A DNA stretch of 64,000 nucleotides from Okamejei kenojei (taxonomy: Eukaryota). The translations under genes and the position numbers were made by a program. How positions within the stretch are numbered: the stretch's first letter is position 1; each line of letters begins with the position of its first letter. The DNA lies in assembly GCA_035221665.1 (NCBI GenBank), contig CM069154.1:5580001-5644000 (forward strand), in the 5' to 3' direction. Shown piece after piece: positions 25,401-38,467 of the stretch. Under the pieces are notes generated by a model. That model was not told where the DNA came from. It ran no database searches and was given only the letters and a program-made list of their open reading frames with translations.

Positions 25401-26469
25401 GTGGAACTGCAACCACCCCCAGAGACCCAGGTTCGATTCTGACCTCCGGCGCTATCAGTGTGGAGTTTGCACGTTCTCCCTGTGACCGTGTGGGTCTCCT
25501 CTGGGTGCTCCGGCTTCCTTCCACATCCCAAAGACGTGTGGCTCTGTAGGTTAATTGCACTTGTCGAATTGTGGCTCATGTCGAATTGCACTCAATGTGT
25601 AGGGAGTGCATGCAAACATGGTGTAAGGTGGGACTAGTGTGAACGGGTGATCGATGGTCAGCGTGGACTCGGTGGGCCGAACGGTCTGTTTCCATGCTGT
25701 ATCTCTAACCAGCATGTGATTCCATGCCAAATTCTAACTGACAATGGTGCTGTGGAGAACCTTGAGACTTTTCCATCACCTTTAAGGCACTGTTGAAATG
25801 CAAGTTGCTGTTGAATTATTGCAAAGACGTGCTCAATAAATCTTTAGTCAGAGGGCGATGAATCTGTGGAATTCAATAAAGAAGGAGGAGGATTATGAGA
25901 ATGATCCTCGGAATGAGTGGGTTAACATATGTGTGGAGAAGATGCTTCCACTAGTGGGATAATATAGGGCCAGAGTTCATAGCTTCAGAATTAAAGAGCG
26001 TTGCTTTAGGAAGAAAATTAGGAGGAATTGCTAAAGCAAGAGGGTAGTAAATTTGAGGAATTAATTGCACAAAAGGTTGTGGAGACCAAGTCAATGGATA
26101 TTTTAAGGCAGAGATAGCACGGGTGTCAGGGGTTATGGGGTGAAGGCAGGAGAATAGGGTTAGGAGGGAGAGATAGATCAGCCATGATTGAATGGCAGAG
26201 TAGACTTGATGGGCCGAATGGCCCAATTCTGCTTCTATCCCTTATGAGCATGAACATGAAGTCGATGTGCCAAATGGTCTAATTCTGCTCCTATGACTTA
26301 TGAACTAATGATTGCAAGTGAAAAGCAGGTGATGCTGAATTTTACTTCGGAGTCACGTGAGTGACTACGTGAATAGAAGCCCGTACAGCCGTTGGTGCGT
26401 CATGACGTCAGACGCTGGTGCAGTCGGCCGGTTGGAGCAGCAGCGCTCCTCCGAGCGGTAAGTTTAAAC

Positions 26470-26602
26470 AGGTTACACGAAAAGCTGGAGAATTCAGCGG
26501 GTGCAGCAGCATCTAAGGAGCGAAGGAGATGGGCGACGTTTCGGGTCGAGACCCTTCTTCAGACTTCACCCTCCATTCTCCAGCATCTGCAGTTTCGTTA
26601 AC
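26470..26602 (-). mobile_element. 133-bp Penelope-derived mini-insertion with an intact hammerhead motif (26535-26562) inside the DIRS
   Basis: 10-bp TSD aagtttaaac at 26460-26469 and 26603-26612. CTGAAGAagggtctcgacccGAAACGTC on the minus strand. Confidence 0.75.
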
Positions 26603-26992
26603 AAGTTTAAACGGAGGTAAGGTTTGTTGAAATACTTTACCACAGGTCATTTTCTGCGACGGTTGGGAGTAGATATGTTGCAGAAAGGGAAGAAGGTGTC
26701 GGCGAGGCGCTCCGGGGGTAGAAAGAAGAGTGACCAGGAGAGTGTTGAGGATGGAGGCCCGTCTGGTACACCTGGTCCGGTGCTGGCTACACAGCCAGTG
26801 GTTGCGGACCCACTGCCGGGGGGCAGTGGAGGCTTGCACAGTAGGGTGGAAGGCCACTGGCAAGTCTCTGTGGCCCGTAGATGAGTCGGGCCTGGAGGTT
26901 ATACCCTCCATAGGAGAGTCCGTTTGCTCACGGCTCTCCCACGTCGAGATTCTATTACAAAAGAATGCTCGACAGGGACAACTCCATGAGGT

Positions 26993-27190
26993 GGAGTGGT
27001 GCCCAAGCCAGGCTGATGGAGAGCTTGTGCTAGCAGCACCTGTTTCAGGGCTGCAGAACTATCCTGCCTGTGAGGAGGATGTTCCAGCTCCTTGAGGAGG
27101 AGTGGTGCCCAAGCCAGGCTGATGGAGAGCTTGTGCTAGCAGCACCTGTTTCAGGGCTGCAGAACTATCCTGCCTGTGAGGAGGATGTTC
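26993..27190 (+). repeat. 106-bp-period tandem duplication in the DIRS gag-like region
   Basis: ggagtggtgcccaagcc...gaggaggatgttc repeated exactly at 26993 and 27099. Confidence 0.9.
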
Positions 27191-30100
27191 TATCAGGGCC
27201 GTTTGCTGACACTGTTTCTATGCTGGGGGAGAGCAAGGTGTTCGGTTGGAGGTAATTCCGAACATTGCTGGGAAGTTTGCTGAGTGTAGAGAGGCAGGAA
27301 AGGCGATTGATGTAGAATTGGCCGAAGCCATTCAGTATATGCTAAAAAATCCCACCAGTTACAGGAGCTAGCTATGGATGAAGTAGCAAAAAACTATAAA
27401 GCTCCTGTTAATTGTGATCTCCTGAAGGTACCGGTGGTTAATCACCAAATTTGCATAGATGGGTTTGCCTGCTAGGGCCCAGGAGATGAAGTTTTAAAAA
27501 AGTGCTTAAACTGTTGTAAGCAGGTATTACAGCTGTGGTGAAAGATATTAATACAAATGATATGGTTGAAGCACACCAGGATGAACTGGGACTCCTTTGT
27601 AATGCATTTTGAAATTAATAATGTCGGGAGGGCCGCTATTAGGCCAGTGCTAACCCGAATTTGGCGAATTGTGCAAACCGACCAGTGTACCACCACGAAA
27701 TCTGTTGTTTGGTGGTAACCTTGCAAAAAGGGTCAAAGACTGTTATGAGGTTGTTAACCATGGCCCTCATTAAGCCAGCTGGAAGCAAGGCAAAAAAGGT
27801 TCTCTACAAGAAGTCGAGGACAACAAGGCCGCAAGGAAAGATGCTGGTAAGGAATATAACATTTGACAGACGATGAATTAACTGATGTTCCTGTTCAAAT
27901 TGGGGAAGGTTAAAATTGTTCTCAAATAATGGCAGCAGTTGACATCAGATTTGTTCATACTTAGTGTAATTGAAGGGGTGAAAAATTGGATTTTACTATG
28001 ACAGTCCACCTAATCAACATTTTCCTAGTCGTAAACTTATTTTTCAGATGAGGAAAATGTGCTTATTCAAGCAGAGATTCAGTCGTTACATAAGAAGGGG
28101 TAATTGAGCCTTCTGTCTATCAAAGTCAACAATTTCTGTCAAGTATATTTCCCAGATCTAAAAAGACTGGGGGATGTAGAATTATTCTGGATTTATCGAA
28201 TTTGAACAAATTTGTTTGTTATAGGCATTTCAAAATGGAGAACTTTACCACGGGCAAACATCTAGTGTCCAAAGGGTATTATATGGCAACCATTGATTTA
28301 AAGAATGCGTATTACGCAGTGTCTATTCATGGTGATGATAGAAGATATTTGAAATTTATTTGGATGACTGAGCTGTGGCAATTCAGGACATTGCCGAATG
28401 GATTAACTTCAGCTCCTAGATTATTTACTAAATTGGTAAAACCTGTGTTAGCATTGCTTAGAGCTCAGGGGCATGTGGTAATGGCCTATTTAGATGATAT
28501 TCTGATTGTTGGAAAGACTCATGCTGAAACTCAATCATCAGTTTCAGTTGTTAAAATCATTTTTGAACAAATGGGATTTGTTATTCACCCAGATAAATCT
28601 AAATTATCACCAGTCGAAATTATTGATTATCTGGGATTTACCATTAATTCCAATCACATGTTGGTAACTTTGCCCAGGGATAAATTGAATCAGTTAATTG
28701 AGGACTGTGTTAATCTCGTTGGAGAACAACGGCCTTTGATTAGACAAGTAGCCAGTTTTATTGGGAAGTTGTTGCAAGCCTTTCCAGCTGTGCAGTATTG
28801 TCCTCTGCATTATCAACAATTACAACCATCAAAGGAACAGGCCACTGAGAATACAAAGGGGCTATTTTTGATAGGCCTATGCAGTTGTCAGTTGGGGCGA
28901 TTGCTGACATACAATGGTGGATAGTACATGTTTCAAAAAATTTAAGGAAGGTTTTTGTGGAATCACCGTCACTGATATTACAGACTGATGTGAGTGCACT
29001 GGGTTGGGGTGCAACAGATATGTCTTCTAGTTGTGGAGGCAGATGGAATGTGGATGAGACATCGCTTCCTCAATTAAGAGGGATTGATTATTTAGAGTTG
29101 TTGGGCACCTGGTATGGGCTCAAAGCTTATTGTTCTACAAGGAGGGATCTGCATGTGCAGCTCAGATTCACAACACCACAGCAGTGGCATATGTAAACCA
29201 CATGGGTGGAGTTAAGTCACAGTCTTGTGATAGACTGGCTAACCAGATTTTGAGCTGGTGTATTGACCAAAAATATCTGGCTTTCAGCACTTTATTTGCC
29301 AGGAAGAGGTCACGTCCGTTTAATGACAACATTGAATGGATGTTAAATCAGGATGTGTTTAACCAAATGATTGATCAGTATGCATTGCCAGATATTGACT
29401 TGTTTGCATCTCGATTAAATCATCAGTTACCTAGATATGTTTCATGGTAACCAGATACTGGGCAGTAGCAGTGGATGCATTTTCGCTGCATTGGGGGAGG
29501 AATGTCTGTGTATGTATTTCCTTCATTCTGTCTCATCAGCAGATGTTTGCAAAAGATCAAGGAGGACTCCGCTTCAGGGGTATTGGTAGTGCCAGATTGG
29601 CCTACACGAGCATGGTTTCCCGTTGTATTACAAATGGCTAGGGAGCCTTACATGCTTATGCCCAAGAATAAAATTCTACTGGTAAATCCAGTCACTGGGG
29701 ATCAACATCCTTTATAGGATCGTATTGATCTGTTAATTTGCAGATTTTAAGGAGGCCATACCTGGGGAGAGGACTGTCTCATCGGACGGTGATGTTCTCA
29801 CGTCGGCCTGCAGGGATAGTACACAGCAGCAATATATCACCTATATAAGGAAGTGGGAGCAATTCTGCCTACAGCAGGATATTGTATATCACACGGCAGG
29901 GATCACGGATGTATTGGAGTTTGTCAACTCTTTATTTTGACCAAAAAATTAAGTTACAGTGTAATTAATTCAGCCAGAAGTGCTCTGTCTTCTTATTTAC
30001 CTATGAATGCAGAATTGCATACAGTAGGGACACATCCGTTAGTTCACGATTCATGAAGGGAGTTTTCAATTCTAATCCTCCTAAACTCAGGTATGCCGGT

Positions 30101-31122
30101 ATTTGGAATGTGAGTGAGGTTTTTATGCTTCTTCGCCAGTGGGCTCCGGTTACAAGCCTATCTATAGCCAAATTAACTACGAAGGTGGTCATGCTTCTGG
30201 TGTTGGTTTCAGCCCAACGTGTACAAACATTGCAAAAGCTACGGCTAGATTGAATGCATGTGTCGGCTGATGCCATTATATTTTATGTCTATGATTTGCT
30301 TAAACATAATAAAAGAGGCATGACAGGATGTAAGATTGTGTTTTCAGCATACCCCGCAGATGATCGCTTCTGTATAGTCTCACATTTATCTCGTTACATT
30401 GAGATTACTAAACCTCTGAGAGGAACAGAGTTGGCTTTGTTTATTAGTCACAAAAAACCACACAGTAAGGTGTCGGTGCAAACGATTTCAAGGTCCTCGC
30501 GGCCGCAGGATGGTCCAGTGAGCTAACTTTTCAGAGGTTTTGTCACAAGCCCGATTTCAAGGCTCGGGGTGTTTGCTGATTCTGGTGTCAGTACTGTTAC
30601 ATTTTTCCCCTGAGTTAGAGGGGTTTTGGTATGATTTGTTTGTAAATAAACTGTTATTTCATTTAACAAATGTATTACTGATGCATGATTGATTGTTAAC
30701 GACTTTTGAGTCAATCCAGGCAGTGTGAACGTCGGATTTGAGTCTGCGGCGTGAATTCACAGTGCTTTGAAGTCTTCACGTAGTCACTCATGTGACTCCG
30801 AAGTAAAATAGTAAGATTAAACGAGAACTACCAGTTTGAAGTCTGATCTTTATTTTATGAGGAGTCGAGTTGAGGGACTACGTGCCCTCCGTTCCCACCC
30901 TCATAGATCTCATCAGGTAGTTCTAGTTTTATCATCTTACCGTTATACTTCGGTCATTGTTAGCTGTGAATTCATTCCGCTGCTTTGAAGATTGACGCAC
31001 CAACGGCTGTACGGGCTTCTATTCACGTAGTCCCTCAACTCGACTCCTCATAAAATAAAGATCAAACTTCAAACTGGTAAGTTCTCGTTTAATCTTACTA
31101 TTCTATTTCCTTGACCCAACAG

Positions 31123-31243
31123 AACCTAAAAAGACTGGTAGCACTTCTAAGAATGAACGAATGATGACTACACCATTTGCAAGTACAGAAAAAAGATCCA
31201 ATGATAGTCAAAATGACACAACCCGATTCACTTGCACTGAATG
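31123..31243 (+). CDS. Ser/Thr-rich stalk exon of a CD300/MDIR-like receptor
   Basis: Acceptor ttctatttccttgacccaacag. 121 nt, phase 1 in and 2 out. (E)PKKTGSTSKNERMMTTPFASTEKRSNDSQNDTTRFTCTE with two N-glycosylation sequons. Donor gtacaa is weak. Confidence 0.65.
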
Positions 31244-32485
31244 GTACAATTATGTTATTACTGCTGTTGTGATTGGCTCTACCTCCTTATGAGAATTAAT
31301 TGGAAGAGAATTTCCTCTTTCATTTGCTAGTGTTAAGTGCATCAGAGTATTCAATGTTGAGATCAGAGTGTGCAATAGAATTGAAAGGAACGATCTAAGA
31401 TCCAGCATACACTCAATGGGCCAAATGGACTCTAGCTATTTTTTTGGTTTTTTAGCTTTAGAGAAACAGCACGGAAACAGGCCCTTCCACCCTACAAGTC
31501 CATGACAGCCATAGATCAGTCTGAAGAAGTGTCTCAACACGACAAATGTCATCTAGTCCTTCTCTCCAGAGGTGCTGTCTGACCCGCTGAGTTACTCCAG
31601 CTTTTTGTGTCTATCTTTGATCCCCCCGTTAACACTAGCTCTTTGTTGTACCACTTTATTGTTCACTCCCTACACATGAAGGGCAATTTTACAGATGCCA
31701 ATTAACCTCCAAACCTGCATGCCTTTAGGATGTGAGAGCAAACCAGAGCACCTGCAGGAGACCCACACGGTCATAGGGAGAATGTACAAATCCATGCAGA
31801 TAACACCCTGAGTTCAGGATCGAACCCAGGTCTCTGGCGCCTTAAGAGAGCAGCTCTATCAAATGTGCCAATGTCACAAAAAAAAAGATGAGTAAGTATT
31901 TGTTGATTCATCTCTTGATTTTGTACACCTCCATAAGATCACCCCTCGTCCTCTCCAAGGAATAATGATCTAGCTTGCTCAACCTTTCCCAATAGCTCAG
32001 GCCCCCGAGTCCCAGAAACATCCTCGTAAATCTTCTCTGCACCCTTTCCAGCTTGACAAAATCTTTCCTGTAACATGGTGACCAGAAATGCACACAATAC
32101 CCTAAATGTGATGAGATTCCTGGATTATGCAGAATTACATCTGGTCACATAGGATTTAAGACACAGAAAAGATCAACTAAGCTGGTCCATGCTGGTGTTT
32201 ACATACCACTCTTCACTTCTCCCATCTTTTCGCATCTAACTTTATCAACGCTAGACGCAAAATGCTGGAGTAACTCAGCGAGTCAGGCAGCATCTCTGAA
32301 GAACATGGATAGGTGAGGTTTTGGGTTGAGATCCTGGACGGTGGAATTTCCCAGCTGAACTCCCTGGGCTCTGTTGCTGTACCCTGCTCCACGCAGAGAT
32401 TTCACAGCAATCAGGATATGAATGTTTCCAACACGAACTAGTCTGTTTCCTCCCACTGATTCTGTATCTTTTTCCCTTTGGTCAG

Positions 32486-33163
32486 TTTCATGACATGGAA
32501 GGTGGGATGCTGGCTATACTTCGCTCTGCTTGGGATCTGCAGTATCTCAGTCTCATTGTTCACAAGTGTTACGACTCCCGAATGCAGGTACTTCAGAGCC
32601 GCGTAACATAGTCAAAAACCAGGCTCAAGTTCAAGAAAATAGTATTTTATTTTGTTAAAACCCAAACCTGATTCAAACAACCCAGTCAAGGACAAGATTA
32701 AACTAATAAACAAAGATAACAGTGCTCCAGCCAGCCTCGCAATGGGCCGTCGAACTCGAGTCTCTAACCTGCCTAAATGGAAATAACCCTGAAACAAAAT
32801 ACACGAAAACACTCAGGTCAGCCCTTATCTGTCCCAATTCAATATTAATTGACAAATGTAGGTAATAATACACAAAGTTTTATGCCATGTGGCCAGGCCT
32901 CCTGCAGCTCACACCAGCAACCTGCTCACGAGTCAGGGTCGACGAAGAGAGAGAGATTTATGGGAGCTTCTGGTATTTAGGCTTCCGATGAGACACCCAT
33001 CACCTGACGCAGCTTGGCCAATCGGGTACAGGAACCCTTAACACCTTGATTCCGACTCCCAGCCACGGGGCCTGCACTCAGGAGAGAAACAAAAAGAGTT
33101 AAGTACATAGCATTCACCAGAGGGGGGGGGGGGGGGAAGTACCTAACAACAAGTATAAGGAAG
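32486..33163 (+). CDS. Transmembrane exon (32486-32566 plus 33154-33163) interrupted by a solo LTR
   Basis: Branch-like ctgat, polypyrimidine tract and cag acceptor. Removing the LTR and one TSD gives 91 nt, phase 2 in and 0 out: FMTWKVGCWLYFALLGICSISVSLFTSIRK, donor gtaggt. Confidence 0.75.
32567..33148 (-). mobile_element. Solo LTR, 582 bp
   Basis: TGTTA...TAACA termini and 5-bp TSD acaag (32562-32566, 33149-33153). CCAAT box, TATA-like box (~32975) and minus-strand AATAAA (~32650) give the orientation. Confidence 0.88.
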
Positions 33164-33289
33164 GTAGGTTTTTGCAGAGATCATCAGAATCGCTGACTGC
33201 TTCCAAATGATGTCCATTAATATTTTTCAAACATGCTGATAAAATAAAACAAACGGAAAGTGTTTACATAATGTATTTCACAAATTCAG

Positions 33290-33331
33290 GCCAAACCAAT
33301 GCTCTACGAAGATGATATCAATAGGTCTTGA
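33290..33331 (+). CDS. Short terminal cytoplasmic exon with a Tyr in acidic context
   Basis: ttcag| phase 0, AKPMLYEDDINRS*. Candidate AATAAA at 33841-33846. Confidence 0.5.
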   Translation, partial: AKPMLYEDDINRS

Positions 33332-36300
33332 CAAGATGTTTGTGTGCAGAATGAACTGAAGTGCTTGATGTAAATGTTGTAGAGCCCTGTCTAGCTCTCT
33401 CTTGAAAGCATCCAGAGCACCTGCCTCCACCACCGCCCTCTGAGGCAGAGAATTCCACAGACTCACCACTCTCTGTGAGAAAAAGTGTTTCCTCGGCTCC
33501 GTTATAAATGACTTACTCCTTATTCTTAAACTGTGGCCCCTGGTTCTGGACTCCCCCAACATCGGTAACATGTTTCCTGCCTCTAGCGTTTCCAAGCCCT
33601 TAACAATCTTATATGTTTCAATGAGATATCTTCTCATCCTTCTGACCTCCAGAGTGTACAAGCCCAGCTGCTCCATTCTCTCAGCATATGACAATCCCGC
33701 CATCCCGGGAATTAACCTTGTAAACCTACGCTGCATTCCCTCAATTGCAAGAATCTATTCACTCAGTAAAGGTGCCATTTAAACAATGTTGCTAGCCTTC
33801 ATAGCAATGATTTATATTATTTTGTATTGCAGTCATGAGGAATAAATTGTATTCAATCCTGGAAATGCCTCATTGTTTTAACTGTGAAGAATATTTAGAA
33901 GAGGGAAACTATAACCTATGACATCCCATCAGATCAATTGTTCTGGAAATACTTTTTCTCATGAGAACATCATTGAAATATACTTTGCTGAGCAGTTTTC
34001 AAGTCAAGTCTGGCTTATTCTTATATGCACGTATGGTGAGGTGCAGGTACAATGAAAATCACGCTTGTGGCAACATCACAGGCACATACACGTAGACACA
34101 CAAAAATATAAATGATACATAGGGTGTACGTGTGTACAGCAGTGGAGTTGCTGCCTTCATTTCAGCGCCAGAGACGCGATTTCGATCCTGACTACGGATG
34201 CTGTCTGTACGGAGTTTGCATGTTCTCCCCATGACCAAGTGGCTTTTCTCTGAGATCTTTGGTTTCTTCCCACACTCCAAGGACGTGCAGGTTTGTTGGT
34301 TAATTGCCTTCGGTAAAACTGTAAATTGACCCTAGTGTGTGCAGGATAGTGCTGGTGTGCGGGTGGGATCGCTGGTTGGCGTGAACTATGTGGGCCAAAG
34401 GTCCTGTTTCTATGCTGTATCTCTAAACTAAACTAAACTCAACTAAGACGTCCAATTCCACTGAAGAAAAGGTCACCATATCTCTCAAGCTAATTGGCAC
34501 TTTACTCAAAGCAATGGGTTCCACCTGACAATCTTGTTCTCTTTATTCACTGCATGTGAAAACAGCTGAGACTTAATTTTATTTCCTTGCCTCAATATAA
34601 CTTGAATAATCTTATGAATGAATGATGAATGAATGAATAGGTTTATGAATGAATAGGTTTATTGGCCAAGTATTCACATACAAGGAATTTGCCTTGGTGC
34701 TCCGCTCGCAAGTACAATATGACATACAGTGACATTAGGAATGACACCTAAAACATTAAACATTAACAATAAAATATACTTTTATAACAGAACCAATGAC
34801 AATCACACTATCTCCAATTACAAGATTGATATCAACAGTACTCAAAACGAATATAGTGCAAGGTATATTCTTCTCATAACTTTTTTTATGCACTGGAACT
34901 GAATCCATGTCGAGGACATTTGGTTGATTTTGTTTTGTTAAACGCACGCGTCAAGAGTGCATGATTGTCATATTTACCGACAAGGGAGCAATATAACGCT
35001 TTGTTTCAGTAGCACAACGAGTCTGCAGATTTAGAGAGTTATGCAGCATGGAAACAGACCCTTCAGCCCAACTTGTCCATGTCGACCAAGATGCCTCATC
35101 TACTCTAGTTCCTCCTGCCAGCGTTTGGTCCATTTCCTTCTAAACCAGTCCTATTCATGTAACTGTCCAAAAGCCTTTAAAATGTTTTTGTAGCACCTGC
35201 CTCAACTACCTCATCAGTTAGCTCATTCCATACACCCACAACTCACTGTGTAAAAAAATGATGCTCCTCAGGATCCTATTAAATCTTTTCGCTTTCACCT
35301 GAAGCCTTGTCCCCGAGTCTTGATTCCCCTACGCTAGGTAAGAGACTTGTTTCCCTTGTTACCCTTGTTTCCCTTTCCCGAACTCTGTTTGAAGAAAGGT
35401 CTCGACTGAAAACATCACCTATTCCTTTACTCTAGAGATGCTGCCTGACCCGATGAGTAACTCTAGGTTTTTGTGTCTATCTTTGGTTTGAGCGAGCAAC
35501 ACATATCCTATCTATTCCCCTCATTGTGCTTGTAAACACAATGCACACAGTTAATATATAACGTACAAAAATGAATTAGTTAATAAGTCCAATAAGGACA
35601 AAAAATAACTGATGTCTTTAGTGCAACCAAAGACTGTCCATACTTGATAGTTGAGGTTAGTGTGCAGTGTTCCAAAGCCTAATTGTTGCTGCTGAGAAGC
35701 TGTTCTTGAACCTGGAGGTCACCGTTTTCAGGCTCCTCAACCTTCTTCCCAATGGCAGGAGTGAAACGAGAGCGTGGTCAGAGTGTCATAGAGTCATAGA
35801 GTGATACAGTGTGGAAACAGGCCCTTCGGCCCAACTCGCCCACACCCGCCAACAATGTCCCAGGTACACTAGTCTCACTTGCCTGTGCTTGGCCCATATC
35901 TCTCCAAATGTGTCCTATCCATGTATCTGTCCAACTGTTTCCTAAACGATGAGATAGTCCCAGCCTCAACTACCTCCTCTGGCATCTTGTTCCATACACC
36001 CACCACCCTTTGTGTGGAAAAAGTTACCCCTCAGATTCCTATTAAATCTTTTCCCCTTCATCTTGAACCTATGTCCTCTGGTCCTTGATTCCCCTACTCT
36101 GGGCAAAAGACTTTGTACATCCACCCAACCTATTCCTTTCATGATCTTATACACCTCTTTCAGATCACCCCTTATCCTCCTGGGCTCGATGAAATAGAGA
36201 TCCTGCCTAATCAACCTCACCCTTTAGCTCACACACTCTAGTCCTGGCAACATCCTCGTAAATCTTTTCGGAACCCTTTCAAGCTTGACAGTATCTTTCC

Positions 36301-38439
36301 TATATCATGGTGCCCAGAACTGAACACAATATTCTAAATGCGGTCTCACCATCATCTTAGACAACAGCAACATGACCTCCAAACTTCTACTCTCAATACT
36401 CTGACTGATGAAGGCCAAAGTGGCAAAAGCCTTTTTGACCGTTTTATCTACCTGTGACTCAGCCTTCAAGGAATCATGCACCTGTACTCCTAGATCCCTC
36501 TGCTCTACAACTACCCAGAGGCCTGCCATTTACTGTGTAGGTCCTGCCCTTGTTTGACATCCCAAAATGCAACACCTCACACTTCTCTGTATTACATTCC
36601 ATCAACCAATGCTCTGCCCACCAGGGCAATCGATCCAGATCCGGCTGCAATCAAAGGGGTTATGGGGAGAAGGCAGGAGAATGGGGTTAGGAGGGAGAGA
36701 TAGATGAGCCATGAATGAATGGCAGGGTAGACTTGATGGGCCGTATCACTTATGACCTGATGAGCGTATTACCAAATATTCCTCATTCGTGCCAGGTTTT
36801 TGACTCTTTTCACCATTTTCATTACTCTATGAACATTATTTTATGTTTGAAATGTGCTGAGAAAATTTGAAACTCGTGAGTTAATCTGCAAGATCATTGT
36901 GGTTTCATACACAATGTCTTGCTGACTTCTTCCTCATTTATGTTCCTCGTAACATTTCTACTTAAACGTTATTTTGCAATGAAGAGGAAGAGCTGAGTGA
37001 CTTATGAGTGACAATAAACTTAACTAGCTAACTAACTAACAAAAACCTTCAAAATGTAAACTAACAATTAGTGCTAAAAATATTTTTGATATAGTCTAGT
37101 CCTTGTGCAAAGTGCAAATATAAGCTTGATTGTTATCATGGACAAAAGAGGGATTGGAGGGGATGGCTGTGGTGAAAAAGCTCCTTTATTATGTTGGCTG
37201 GTTTCTTGAGGCAGGGTGGCACAGTGACACAGCGGTGGAGTTGCTGCCAGACGCCTGGGACAATCCTGACTACGGAGATTGTACGTTCTCCCTGTGACCG
37301 CGTGGGTTTTCTCTGGGTGCTCTGGTTTCCTCCCACATTCCAAAGACGTGCAGGTTTGTAGGTTAATTGGCTTCTGTAAATTGTACCCAGTGTGCACGAT
37401 AGAACTAGTGTATGGGTGATTGCTGGTCAGAGCGAACTTAGTAGGGCAAAGGGCATGTTTCCAAGCTGTATCTCTAAACTAAACTAAACATGACAGGAAC
37501 AAGCCCTCGGGCCCACAATGTCCGTGCCGAACATAATGCCAGGAACCAGGCCATCTCATAGATCAACTGAGGCCCAGGCCAATTTCAATTTCAGAATTTC
37601 AAGCAGAAGCCCCTCAATTTTAGAGGCCCCCAAATCAAGATCCCTTTGAAGCTACAGACATGAGGCCCATGCCAAATGGCACTCGTTGCCCCCCCCTCTG
37701 ATAGTGCTTGCCCTGAACAAACCCTTATCTGCCTGCACATAATCCATATCTCTCCAGCCCTGCATATCCATGTGCTTATCTAAAAGTCTCTTACATCACA
37801 CTCTCGTGTTCATTTCCAATAGGTTTGAAGAAGCAGTTTGTGAAACAGGTGGAGTATAATTTCAAGCTTTTATATCTTCTGCCTTGATGGGAGAGGGGAG
37901 AAGAGGGGACGGCTGGGGTGTAAAAGGTCCTTAATTATGTTGTCTGCTTTCATGAGGCATCGTGAGGTATAGATGGCTCAATGGTGGGATACGGTGCATC
38001 TATAGAATCTATAACATAGATGGGTGATGTTTCGGGTCGGGGTCCTTCTTCAGACCCGTCAAAATGTAGAAACAAGAAACTAAAGTACTGGTTTACACAA
38101 AAGACACAAAGTGCTGGAGTAACTCAGTGGGTTAGACAGCATGCCTGGAGAACAAATAGAAAAAAAAAAACTGCAAAAGCATGTTTACAAAAAGAGCAAG
38201 CAGTTGTGTTTGCCTCACCACATCCACACTTTATAACATTAACAAACAATTGTTCCTTCCTATTTTTTCTAAGTTGCTTCATACGTTTATTGTTTGGCCA
38301 ATAAAATTTAATAATAAAAAATGTAACACATTACATTATGTTTAAGAAAGAACTGCAGATGCTGGCAAAAGCATAGGTAGACAAAAATGCTGGAGAAACT
38401 CAGCGGGTGAGGCAGCATCTATGGAGCGAAGGAATAGGT

Positions 38440-38467
38440 GACGTTTCGGGTCGAGACCCTTCTTCAG
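38440..38467 (-). ncRNA. Minimal hammerhead ribozyme motif (best-preserved copy)
   Basis: gt-CTGAAGA-a-gggt(ctcg)accc-GAAACGTC-ac. Confidence 0.65.

Larger units (their letters stand above)
26339..31102 (+). mobile_element. DIRS1-like tyrosine-recombinase retrotransposon, complete termini, decayed ORFs
   Basis: Inverted terminal repeats. Internal complementary region 30775-30884 matches both ends. RT (LPNGLTSAPRLFTK, AYLDD), RNase H, methylase-like (DLFASRLNHQLPRYVSW) and YR (SAQRVQTL) domains. ATT at both ends. Confidence 0.93.

Noticed and set aside
26993-27190. Direct repeats resembling an array
   Set aside because: A simple two-copy tandem duplication without spacers; not CRISPR.
29340-29620. 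Phage-like N6-adenine methylase and integrase domains suggesting a prokaryotic system or contamination
   Set aside because: Standard components of DIRS1-like elements, embedded in vertebrate repeats.
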